A stretch of 64,000 bases of DNA from the NCBI GenBank assembly GCA_035403465.1, contig DAONFG010000005.1, positions 4,479-68,478 on the forward strand. The letters run 5' to 3'. A model generated the notes under the pieces. That model was not told where the DNA came from. It made no database searches and worked only from the letters and a program-made list of their open reading frames with translations. The stretch is from Spirochaetota bacterium. GTDB taxonomy: Bacteria > Spirochaetota > UBA4802 > UBA5550. Below, one piece after another: positions 17,284 to 26,362 of this stretch. Both the position numbers and the translations under genes were made by a program. The first letter of the stretch is position 1; each line of letters begins with the position of its first letter.

Positions 17284-19206
17284 ATGGCAGATATCAAGGA
17301 CATGCTTCAGTGGCTTTTAAACGAAGTCAATATATGGATAACCAAGGGAATCATCACGCCTGAACAGAGAGACCGGATTCTAAAGCTCTACAAGGTGCAG
17401 GCGCAGAATTCAATTAAACCTGCGGCTCAGAAGGCTGCGGTAAAACATACGGGCCGCATCAACCTGGCAAGGGTCATTCTTGTTCTCGCTGTGGTGTGTA
17501 TAGCAGTGGGGCTTGTTATATTCTACGCGTCCAACTGGCGCAGGATGCCGCCGGGTGTCAAGATGGCACAGGTCTTTCTCCTGATCCTTACATGCTATGG
17601 TGCATCATGGTTCCTGCTCTTTGTTAAAAAAGAGATCTTCATCGGCAGGCTGATCCTGATGCTTGCAATGGTCACCTTCGGTATAGGCATAATGCTCGTT
17701 GCGCAGATATACCACATAAGTTCGCACCCCACGAACGGGCTGCTTGTCTGGGCAATCGGCACTCTGCTGCTCTCAGCAGTTTTGGATGAACAGTGGGGAT
17801 ACTACATGTCCCTTGCCCTCTTTACAATTTGGGACTACTGGGAGGTTGTGGAATACGGGAATGCCGCTTACCTGTTCATTGCCCCGCTGCTTGTTCTTGC
17901 ACTGTTTTACTACAGGCGCAGCGACAGGACAGGTCTTGTGCTCTCTGTATCGCTCATGATAATATACTTTTTCCAGGTTAACATACACTGGGCTGGTGCT
18001 GCGGATTATAACAATAAACATGTGACTGAAGCCGCTTTCATGTACATGCTCTACGGGTTCGGGCCCCTGCTGATGGTTGCAGGAAGAATGATGCGCTTCA
18101 ATGAGAAACTTGAATATTCAGGATATGTTGTTACGTTAACCGGATGGATCACTTTCATGGTCCCCCTGCTTACACTCTCATGGCCTTATAAAATACCTGA
18201 CACAACTCCGCTTATACTCTTCCCGCGGGGCACATGGATTCAATCGGGGCAGTTTGCAGCCTTCATTCTTTTATCCGCAGCAGGCATACGCAAGCTGTCA
18301 TCCATGGATGTTAAGCCGCATATATACATCCCTTTTATTCTCACTGCTTTAATCCTCGTCATGGTTCCGCATTACAGCACAACAGCACGCATGATATCGA
18401 CACACATTGCCATTGTCGGGCTGATAGCATCATCACTTTCATTCGCATACCTTGTTCCCGGCGAATGGCACATTGAAAAGGGGATGGCCTTCCTTTTAAC
18501 AATCGCAATGTTCATTGTCAAATGGCTCGGGCTCACCGGGAGCGCATTCGCTGACAACGGGTACATGGTTGCCTACCTTGTGGGATTCGTAATTTTTGCC
18601 ACGGTATGTTTTCTTGTTAACAGGCTTGTTAAACACCTGGCTGAGGGGAAATCATATCCTTCAATGATCATGGACATCATTACGGCAGTCGCGATCTGGT
18701 TTACGCTATACACTGCGTCATTTAAAATCGAAAACCAGGTGTCGATATTCAAGGCTGATACAGTGGTAATCGTAATGCTCTTCCTGTTCATAACACTTGC
18801 TGTTATATTGTACATGGTCCTCATGGCAAGGCTGAAGCAGAACAGGACAATCATATACCTCTCGATGATAGTTTTTATTACATCGGGCATTGCACTCTTC
18901 ATCGCGCGCGGAGAGGTGTCGTGGATTGCCTACTCGCTTATATTTAACATCCTGCTTTTTATCGCTACTGGAACCGCAATCTACTACAGCACGGTGATAC
19001 AGTCCAGGGCGCTCCTGAACGTGGCTGTATGCGCCTTCATAGTCCACATAGGCACGCGGTATTTTGACCTCTTCTGGGACATGCTCTCTGGATCGGTTCT
19101 CTTTATCACAACAGGCATCATAGGTTTAGCGGGCGGGTATATCCTCGATAAGAAACGGCGTCAGCTGATAAACACTTTTGATTCAGCGGAGGGAGACCAT
19201 GAATAG
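17284..19206 (+). CDS. DUF2157-family multi-pass membrane protein
   Basis: WLLNEVNIWITKGIIT..FYASNWRRM..GIMLVAQIYHI; many TMs; RYFDLFWDMLSGSVLF C-terminus. Confidence 0.85.
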   Translation: MADIKDMLQWLLNEVNIWITKGIITPEQRDRILKLYKVQAQNSIKPAAQKAAVKHTGRINLARVILVLAVVCIAVGLVIFYASNWRRMPPGVKMAQVFLLILTCYGASWFLLFVKKEIFIGRLILMLAMVTFGIGIMLVAQIYHISSHPTNGLLVWAIGTLLLSAVLDEQWGYYMSLALFTIWDYWEVVEYGNAAYLFIAPLLVLALFYYRRSDRTGLVLSVSLMIIYFFQVNIHWAGAADYNNKHVTEAAFMYMLYGFGPLLMVAGRMMRFNEKLEYSGYVVTLTGWITFMVPLLTLSWPYKIPDTTPLILFPRGTWIQSGQFAAFILLSAAGIRKLSSMDVKPHIYIPFILTALILVMVPHYSTTARMISTHIAIVGLIASSLSFAYLVPGEWHIEKGMAFLLTIAMFIVKWLGLTGSAFADNGYMVAYLVGFVIFATVCFLVNRLVKHLAEGKSYPSMIMDIITAVAIWFTLYTASFKIENQVSIFKADTVVIVMLFLFITLAVILYMVLMARLKQNRTIIYLSMIVFITSGIALFIARGEVSWIAYSLIFNILLFIATGTAIYYSTVIQSRALLNVAVCAFIVHIGTRYFDLFWDMLSGSVLFITTGIIGLAGGYILDKKRRQLINTFDSAEGDHE

Positions 19207-19738
19207 TTACAAAAAAATACTCATGCCGGTAATAGTACTGCTTCAGGTAGCAGTACTGGTGTTCATGGCCGCGAAGCAGGAGTACATACTTGCTGCAGGC
19301 GAAAAGATACTGCTCAAGTGTCAACCCGTTGATCCGCGAAGTCTCTTCAGCGGCGACTACGTTATCCTGAACTACGAGATCACGCGGACTGACCTGGAGA
19401 CAATTACTGTAAAGGACGGTGAAAAACGGTCCTTCGACATCAACGAAACGATTTACATTGCGCTCGATAAATCAAAGATGGATAAATACTGGAAGGCGGC
19501 TGCCGCATCGCGTGATATTGACTGGCTCAGGTCAAGGTACAAAACAGTTATCCAGGGACGGATAGACCAGTACTACAACATCAAGTTCGGGCTGGAGGAT
19601 TACTTTGTTCCCCAGAACGAAGGCAGGGAGCTAGAAAGAGACCTGGACAATGTCCACGTTGAAGTTTCGGTGATGCCCGACGGAAGCAGTGCCATATCAA
19701 GACTGTTTCTTAATGACAGGGAGGTGAGGTTCTACTGA
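19199..19738 (+). CDS. GDYXXLXY-domain protein
   Basis: PVDPRSLFSGDYVILNY literal motif; usual partner of DUF2157 proteins. Confidence 0.9.
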   Translation: MNSYKKILMPVIVLLQVAVLVFMAAKQEYILAAGEKILLKCQPVDPRSLFSGDYVILNYEITRTDLETITVKDGEKRSFDINETIYIALDKSKMDKYWKAAAASRDIDWLRSRYKTVIQGRIDQYYNIKFGLEDYFVPQNEGRELERDLDNVHVEVSVMPDGSSAISRLFLNDREVRFY

Positions 19739-19964
19739 ACCCCGCCCTCACCTCTACTGTTCATAAAAAATTATATAAAATCAGCGTGCTTATACCCGGT
19801 TACAGACCGTAATCACAGTAAAGTATCAAATTTATTAATTTTTGAAAGTTTTTTACTGTGGAAATCATCATTTTCAATAATTCCGTTACCTGTACCAGCA
19901 AAGCACTGCTGACATCATCAGAAAGATATGAGTTGTCGCACATGTAACTGAACCACGAGTGGAG

Positions 19965-20033
19965 GCTCTGACCCTCTTGCAAACCAACATGGCAGGATAT
20001 AAAATGATAACAAATAAAAAAATGCTCTGACCC
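19965..20033 (-). repeat. Two GCTCTGACCC copies upstream of the transposase
   Basis: Exact 10-mers at 19965-19974 and 20024-20033 (reverse complement of GGGTCAGAGC). Confidence 0.6.
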
Positions 20034-20067
20034 CGGCAAAATCTTTTAATTATCTCCACCTTAAAAA

Positions 20068-20098
20068 CGTATAGATATCAGATACTGATATTTATACG
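20068..20098. promoter_or_regulatory. 31-bp palindrome abutting the transposase RBS
   Basis: CGTATAGATATCAG-ATA-CTGATATTTATACG, 13/14 pairs plus one G-T; GGAGG starts at 20098. Confidence 0.55.
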
Positions 20099-20107
20099 GA
20101 GGCTTGT

Positions 20108-20698
20108 ATGCCCAGACCTTTAAGGACAATAATGCAGGGTGTAACCTATCACTGCTACACAAGATGCCGCGGAAAGCGGGACTTGCTGAAAGGCAGGTAC
20201 GGAAAGAGGTACTTCATCGAATCAATACATATGTGCCAGGAAAAATACGATTTTGAACTCATCGCCGCGGAAACAGTTGCCAATCACATCCATCTCATAA
20301 TAAAAACTGTTGAGGCTAAGGAGACAATATCGCTCATCATGCAGTTTATTAAAGCGCGAATGGCTGAGAAATACAACCGCGCAACAGGTGAATCGGGGCC
20401 GTTCTGGAACGAGCGTTTCGGTTCCACGATAATTGAGGAATCCGACAATCCTGAAGATTACCTGCTCTGGTTATTGTGGTATATCGGGTATAATCCCGTG
20501 CGTAAAGGGCTCTCCCGCGATCCTCGTAAAAACGAGATCGGCTTCATAAACTGCTACCTCGATGAAAATTTCGTATCACCACTGCGGTTTACCCTGCATG
20601 AATATTTTCACAGGCTGGGCCGGAATTTTAAGGAATGTGCTGATAAATTCCTTGTATATGAGGATGCGTACCGGAAGAGGTTTGCTTTGTGGATTTAG
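20108..20698 (+). mobile_element. REP-associated tyrosine transposase (RAYT, Y1/HUH, IS200-related)
   Basis: MPRPLR start, YHCYTR, HUH motif NHIHL, FWNERF, catalytic Tyr in YIGYNPVRKGL. Confidence 0.85.
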
Positions 20699-20705
20699 GG
20701 GGGGC

Positions 20706-20720
20706 GGGTCAGAGCCCGGA
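20706..20720 (+). repeat. GGGTCAGAGCCCGGA copy directly after the transposase
   Basis: Identical 15-mer recurs at 21433-21447. Confidence 0.65.
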
Positions 20721-20736
20721 GATTGCGAGAAGCTAT

Positions 20737-21384
20737 CTACTGCTCATAAACAGTAACAAGTCTGTCACAATCATAAATCGACTGCGGTGAAATGACAATT
20801 TCATCAGCCGGTATAGAATTATTTTTCCCGTAACGCTTCTCGATCAGCCTGCGCACCACCGGATCATTAAGGTTCATCTCCTGCGCTCTATGCAGCCTGC
20901 CCACTTCGATTCCCGCACCGTATTTATAGATTTTCCATACAAGCTCAGAGCAGTAGATCCTTTTGTCATCCCAGCGGAATTGATAATCGTAATTTTTACC
21001 AAGGTATTTTTTACCCTGAGCTCTCATTTTTTCAATGGTTCCCGGGGTAAGGACTGAATCACAATCCCTTAACCTCTTTATTACAAAGCTGTTTCCGCCG
21101 CGCCTTGCGAATTCTGTTATCGATGTGATCTTCACCGGCTGCACTGCCTCGAAAACCATAAACCTTCCTTTATATTTAAAAATGATCGCCATATGGCTGA
21201 ACCTTGAATTTGTTGCAATTCTCACTGCCTCTGACTGGTCAGAGTGCGACTGGTGGAAAATAATGTCGCCCTCCTTAAGGATTGAAGGATCAAACTTGCT
21301 CCCGCTGGCTTCAACTGCCGGGTTTAAAGCTATAAAAATACAACCGATTGTAATAATTATTATGATAAAAATAATTTTCTTCAT
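20737..21384 (-). CDS. YiiX/YebB-like permuted papain-fold (NlpC/P60) hydrolase, exported
   Basis: LKEGDIIFH, SRFSHMAI, GKNYDYQF, IYCSELVWKIY; signal peptide. Confidence 0.88.
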   Translation of the reverse strand: MKKIIFIIIIITIGCIFIALNPAVEASGSKFDPSILKEGDIIFHQSHSDQSEAVRIATNSRFSHMAIIFKYKGRFMVFEAVQPVKITSITEFARRGGNSFVIKRLRDCDSVLTPGTIEKMRAQGKKYLGKNYDYQFRWDDKRIYCSELVWKIYKYGAGIEVGRLHRAQEMNLNDPVVRRLIEKRYGKNNSIPADEIVISPQSIYDCDRLVTVYEQ

Positions 21385-21404
21385 ACAAACTCCTTCTATT
21401 ATAA

Positions 21405-21447
21405 GGCTCTGACCCTTCTCACAATGCTGAAAGGGTCAGAGCCCGGA
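21405..21447. repeat. REP-doublet-like hairpin
   Basis: GGCTCTGACCCTT (21405-17), 13-nt loop, AAGGGTCAGAGCC (21431-43): perfect 13-bp stem. Confidence 0.7.
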
Positions 21448-21467
21448 TCTCCATCAACGTATAGGGA

Positions 21468-23462
21468 TTATTTCCTCCCCTTCTCCTTTTCCAGCGATTC
21501 CATAACCGCATGTATGGCATTTACCCTGTCGCCCGCAGTAATTTTATTTTCCATGTACTTCATCTTCAAAACTTCAGTATCGTCTATTATCTTTGCCTTG
21601 CGCGTCCGGCTCAGGAGCGGCATGATTGCCTGCATCCTGTCACCAGCATCAAGCATAACAAGGCAGAGGTCACGGTCGCTAACCCTTGTCACCGCAAGCT
21701 GCCGTATGTTATACGGCAGTCCATCGAGCGATACAAACGGTTCTCCGGATTGTTTAAGTTGTTCCAGCTCTTTCCTGTACCCGGCCTGTATGGCGTCATA
21801 GAACTGGTTCCTCAAAATAAACATGGCCCTGGAGGAGAGCAGGAGCCTGCCTGAGTCCGCGGCCTTGAACAGGTCCATCATGGTCTGCCTGTTCAGCGCA
21901 TCAAAGTGATCCGCACCGGTCCACTGTATATTGGCCTCGGCATCTTCAAGTACATTGCGGGGCAGAAATTTGTTGATCCTGTTCCAGTCAGAATCAACGG
22001 TGTAAAGCTTGGAGCTTTCAGTGCCCGGTGACGAATGATCCGCAACGCCGATCCTGAACAGGCACATGTACGTTGAGGCGAATACGGGAAGTATGAAGTT
22101 CTGCGCGATTATCTTCAGGTCGCTGTCGCTCACGAGTTCCATGAACTCGTAGAAGGGCATGCACGAAAATATGGCCGGAATGTTTTTGCCGCCGCCACGG
22201 TAACTGTTAAGGAAACTCCCTATCCCCCGCGAGAAGAATGCGCTGTTGACCGAAAGCACGCTTAGCAGCCTGTTGCGCGAAGAAGACTGCAGCAGGTTTA
22301 CCTCCCACGGGCTGAGTATATTCAGCGCTATGAGGTTCAGAAAACGCGCGGGAACAGCTACGAGAGTGCTGACAGGTGTAAAGTTTATCTTCAGTTCAGA
22401 GTGCAGAATAACAGCGCTGGTCACAGGCTCAGGCGCAGGTGATGCGTTGTACCTGATTCCTGCCACTTTAAGTTCAGGGCACGCAGTCTTCAGGCTGGAA
22501 AGGATCTCCCGGAGAATCGGCTTGAACAGGCCGTCGAATGTTACGAATTTTTCATTAAACGTATTCAAGCTATAACCCTCAAAGCAGTACCATAGCCTGT
22601 AAATTTCTTCATCCACTTTTATATCAAGGGAGACCTTGAAGCATCCTGATGCCGGCATGTCAGTCCCGGCTGAAATCTTTTTAAAGGCAGAACTGACAAC
22701 AGTTCCCTCAACTTTCAACAGCGCAGGTAAAAATAATCTTCCCAGTACAAATTCCTTCGGCCTGGTTATGTCGATCGAGACCGGGACTTCTTCGACCGCC
22801 GTGTCAGCCCCGCCTGTATATTCAGTGACGGCGATGCTGCGCAGCCTCCAGGCGAAGTCCTTATCCTTTACACCTGCGGACAGGCCACTCCAGACAAACT
22901 GCGGGACTGCAAGGTATGCTGTGAACTCCGCGGCCCTGACCTGGAACACCACGCAGTCAGACACGCCCCACATAACGGCCTGCGCGTCAGAAGGTTGTAG
23001 TTCACGCTTTACACGCAGGTGCTCACCTGAATCACCCTGCCTGGGAAGGAACATATGGTAAAGGCTACCCTCTGCCCATTCAATAAGCAGGTTAAGCGCG
23101 CTACACTGGTCAGCAGGGATGTCGCTGTGCACGGACTTCATCTGGCTGTAAAGGTACCGGACGAATTCTCCGGGAATAAAAAACTGCGAGCATGGAGTCT
23201 CCTCTGCGCCGTATGTGGATGATATGTATCCTGTGGCGCCTGAATTAAGGAACTTTTCAAAAAGTTCATGCTTCACCTTTGTCACGGCAGTGTTCATGTC
23301 ATCGCCAGTGACAAACTTCAGGTTAAGGGAAAAGCTGTCTTTTATTATGTCCGCGAGCACTGCATCGGGTGAAAGCACTGCAGGTGCCGGCTGCCTTATT
23401 CCGAACAGTTTTTTTACCAGTTCAAGTAATTTCATGGGAATGATTATACCCGGCCTTGCCAT
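21468..23462 (-). CDS. Hypothetical 664-aa protein with FliG C-terminal-like tail
   Basis: Long ORF. C-terminal FVSLDGLPYNIRQLAVTRVSDRDLCLVMLDA..IMPLLSRTRKAKII..AIHAVMESL resembles the FliG_C pattern. Confidence 0.5.
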   Translation of the reverse strand: MARPGIIIPMKLLELVKKLFGIRQPAPAVLSPDAVLADIIKDSFSLNLKFVTGDDMNTAVTKVKHELFEKFLNSGATGYISSTYGAEETPCSQFFIPGEFVRYLYSQMKSVHSDIPADQCSALNLLIEWAEGSLYHMFLPRQGDSGEHLRVKRELQPSDAQAVMWGVSDCVVFQVRAAEFTAYLAVPQFVWSGLSAGVKDKDFAWRLRSIAVTEYTGGADTAVEEVPVSIDITRPKEFVLGRLFLPALLKVEGTVVSSAFKKISAGTDMPASGCFKVSLDIKVDEEIYRLWYCFEGYSLNTFNEKFVTFDGLFKPILREILSSLKTACPELKVAGIRYNASPAPEPVTSAVILHSELKINFTPVSTLVAVPARFLNLIALNILSPWEVNLLQSSSRNRLLSVLSVNSAFFSRGIGSFLNSYRGGGKNIPAIFSCMPFYEFMELVSDSDLKIIAQNFILPVFASTYMCLFRIGVADHSSPGTESSKLYTVDSDWNRINKFLPRNVLEDAEANIQWTGADHFDALNRQTMMDLFKAADSGRLLLSSRAMFILRNQFYDAIQAGYRKELEQLKQSGEPFVSLDGLPYNIRQLAVTRVSDRDLCLVMLDAGDRMQAIMPLLSRTRKAKIIDDTEVLKMKYMENKITAGDRVNAIHAVMESLEKEKGRK

Positions 23463-23574
23463 CGAGTCAAGTTATTTTAACGGGTACGGGCAGGGTCAGA
23501 GCATGCCGTTCCCTCATTTGCCCGGCTTCTATATTTTCCTTGCACTATTGGCCTTATTGTATACTTTCAGTTCC

Positions 23575-24483
23575 ATGAAAAACAGCCGGAACATGCACCT
23601 GCAGAGAATCTGCGACAACATATACCTTGTAGAGGCACCCGAGCAGGGAAGGTTCCCATACTGTAACGGATTCCTTTTTACCGGTGATGAAAATATACTC
23701 ATAGACGCCGGAATGGATGATGAGCAGATCCGCGGCATTGACAGCAGTATGGACATTGACACACTGGTGATTTCACACACGCACCCTGACCACATAAGGC
23801 GCTGGCACCTGTTATCTCACAGAAGAATCCTACTGCCAGCTGAAAGCCCGGACTCGGTGTTCAACATGGAGACACTGGCTGCAAGGTATGTCGGCTCACC
23901 GGAAAAAGGCCGCCACTGGATCGAGGTAATCGGGAAACTGACGGGGCTCAGGGCTTTAAGAGAACCGGATGCAAGGTTCACCAGCGGTGATATAATAGAA
24001 AACGGAACATCGCGTATCGAGGCAATACACGCACCCGGCCACCTTGACGACCACTACTGCTTCTTTGAGCATAATACAGGGACTCTTTTTTCAACCGACA
24101 TAGACTTTACCGGGTTCGGACCATGGTACGGCAACCCTGAAGGAAAAATTAAACCGTTTATGGAGAGTATACGCGGAGTGATGAAACTTCCGTACAAACG
24201 GGTATGCACATCCCACAAACCGCCGCACGAGGGTGACGCTACATCACGGTTCGAATCATACCTTGCGGCATTCACCACGCAGAAGATGAAAGTACTTGCC
24301 GCCATAGGCAAAGGAAAAACACTCGAAGAACTGACAGCCGTATCACCATTCTACAACAACCGCTTCATGGATCTAAAACTGCAGAATTACTTCGAAGAGC
24401 ACATGATATCCGAAAACCTCGCCATGCTGATTGAAGAAGGGCTTGTACACGAAGATGGAGGGATGTTTATTGCTGCACACTGA
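23575..24483 (+). CDS. MBL-fold metallo-hydrolase
   Basis: LIDAG, SHTHPDHI, APGHLDDH, STDI, TSH; start taken at ATG 23575. Confidence 0.88.
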   Translation: MKNSRNMHLQRICDNIYLVEAPEQGRFPYCNGFLFTGDENILIDAGMDDEQIRGIDSSMDIDTLVISHTHPDHIRRWHLLSHRRILLPAESPDSVFNMETLAARYVGSPEKGRHWIEVIGKLTGLRALREPDARFTSGDIIENGTSRIEAIHAPGHLDDHYCFFEHNTGTLFSTDIDFTGFGPWYGNPEGKIKPFMESIRGVMKLPYKRVCTSHKPPHEGDATSRFESYLAAFTTQKMKVLAAIGKGKTLEELTAVSPFYNNRFMDLKLQNYFEEHMISENLAMLIEEGLVHEDGGMFIAAH

Positions 24484-24645
24484 TTTGCTCACACCGAAAA
24501 TATTTAAAAAAAATTTCTGCATTAAGTAGTTCATTGCTGTTAAATAATGTATACTTGTCTGATGGTGATAATCTGCACAGTATCGATTTTTGGAGTGAAA
24601 AGATTAGATCGGGCTCCCGGAATCGGCTGTTATACGGAAAGATAA

Positions 24646-26262
24646 ATGTATAAAGACATGATAAAAGAAATCCGTGATGCTGAAGATATTAAAATTCAGT
24701 ATTCAGAAAATGAACGGAAAAAAACCCTTAATACTGGCCGGCTGGCTTCAGCGATCGGCATCATTGCGACAATTCTTTTTTTAATGCAGGATATCTGCTT
24801 GCTGGGATTTTATGATTTCCTGCCCTGGCGTATCCTCGGGATCTCGGCAATGCTGGGATTTTTACTCTTTTCATTTATATTATCAGACAGGTACCCGGTT
24901 ATGATTGTGCCGATGTACGTCATATCACTAACTGGCGTTATAACCATGACCTGCGGTATCACTACCATGGTTTTTTTTCGCAAGGATTACGGATATTATG
25001 AACTTAACGGCGTCTCTACCGCCCTGATAGTAGTTGTATTTGCCGTATTTATATTCGCTTCAGGCGCACGCAGGTTTATCCCCTGCATAATATTCATACC
25101 CATGCTCTCTTTCGGCATCATACTGTTCGTAAAGGGCGACATGTTGTTTCAGGACTGGATAAATCTCAGCAACCCGTTACTTGTCGCTGTCCTTGTTTCA
25201 ATCTCTTCAGTTTTTCAGGAGAGACTCAATTTCAGCGAGTTCCTTTCAAGAAAACGCGCAGAAATGAGCGACAGGATTATTTCCATTCAGCACAATTCCA
25301 TGGCAACGATGCTTGATTCAATTGACGAATCTGCTTTCCTGATGAAACCGGATGGAACCATTCTTTATGCCAACAAAACAATGGCTGAACGCGTGAACAC
25401 TCCCCACGAGCATATGCCCGGTGTGAATGCCTATGACGTTACACCACAGGAAGTCAGGGAGTCCAGGCGTGAGATGGCCACCCGCTGCACGGAAACAAAA
25501 GAACCGGTGCGGTTTATAGACGAAAGGAATGGACGCTCAATACTTAACAGCATAAATCCCGTGATCGACGAAAACAATGAAGTTGTCTATCTTGCGATTT
25601 TCGGGTTTGACATAACAGAAAGAATACGGTCAGAAAACGAAATCAAGCGTCTGCTCGATGAAAAGAAACTGCTGCTTAAAGAGGTTCATCACCGTATAAA
25701 AAACAACATGATGTCAATCTCAGGGCTGCTGACACTCAGGTCAGAGTCTGATGTAAACTCAGAGTGCGCAGCTATTCTCAAAGAGATGTCGGGCCGCGTC
25801 ATGGCAATGATGCGTATTTACGACAAGCTGTACCGCTCAGAGGAATACTCGCATATACATCTGCGTGAGTATCTCGGCGGTCTGCTTGATGAAATTTCAC
25901 GGACTTTTATTTCCGGTGATTCCATCAGCATTGCCCATGATATAGAGGATTTGTACATACGCCAAAATTCAGTTTTCGCCATAGGAATAATTGTAAACGA
26001 ACTTGTAATCAACGCCCTGAAGTATGCCTTCCCCGGTGGACGAAAGGGGATCATCAGCATCAATCTCAGAAATACCGGTGATAACGAAATTGAGATCGTC
26101 ATTTACGACAACGGTATTGGCCTCCATGATCCTGAAACGATTACTCTTAAAGCAGGATTCGGACTTGACCTTGTAAAAATTATGGTTGAGCAATGCGGCG
26201 GGAGAATGACAGTTTCCAGTGATAAGGGGACTATATTTACAATTAACATCCCCAACATATAA
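24646..26262 (+). CDS. Membrane PAS plus HisKA_2 sensor histidine kinase
   Basis: N-terminal TMs, PAS (DGTILYAN..GFDITE), EVHHRIKNN, NELVINALKYA, DNGIG. Confidence 0.9.
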   Translation: MYKDMIKEIRDAEDIKIQYSENERKKTLNTGRLASAIGIIATILFLMQDICLLGFYDFLPWRILGISAMLGFLLFSFILSDRYPVMIVPMYVISLTGVITMTCGITTMVFFRKDYGYYELNGVSTALIVVVFAVFIFASGARRFIPCIIFIPMLSFGIILFVKGDMLFQDWINLSNPLLVAVLVSISSVFQERLNFSEFLSRKRAEMSDRIISIQHNSMATMLDSIDESAFLMKPDGTILYANKTMAERVNTPHEHMPGVNAYDVTPQEVRESRREMATRCTETKEPVRFIDERNGRSILNSINPVIDENNEVVYLAIFGFDITERIRSENEIKRLLDEKKLLLKEVHHRIKNNMMSISGLLTLRSESDVNSECAAILKEMSGRVMAMMRIYDKLYRSEEYSHIHLREYLGGLLDEISRTFISGDSISIAHDIEDLYIRQNSVFAIGIIVNELVINALKYAFPGGRKGIISINLRNTGDNEIEIVIYDNGIGLHDPETITLKAGFGLDLVKIMVEQCGGRMTVSSDKGTIFTINIPNI

Positions 26263-26362
26263 ACTTATTCCCGCTGCATTCAATTTTTCAGATTGATACA
26301 AATCTTTGCAACCCAATTGACACCCGCCGTGTTATGTATAGTAAGGCGGCCCGAACAATACC

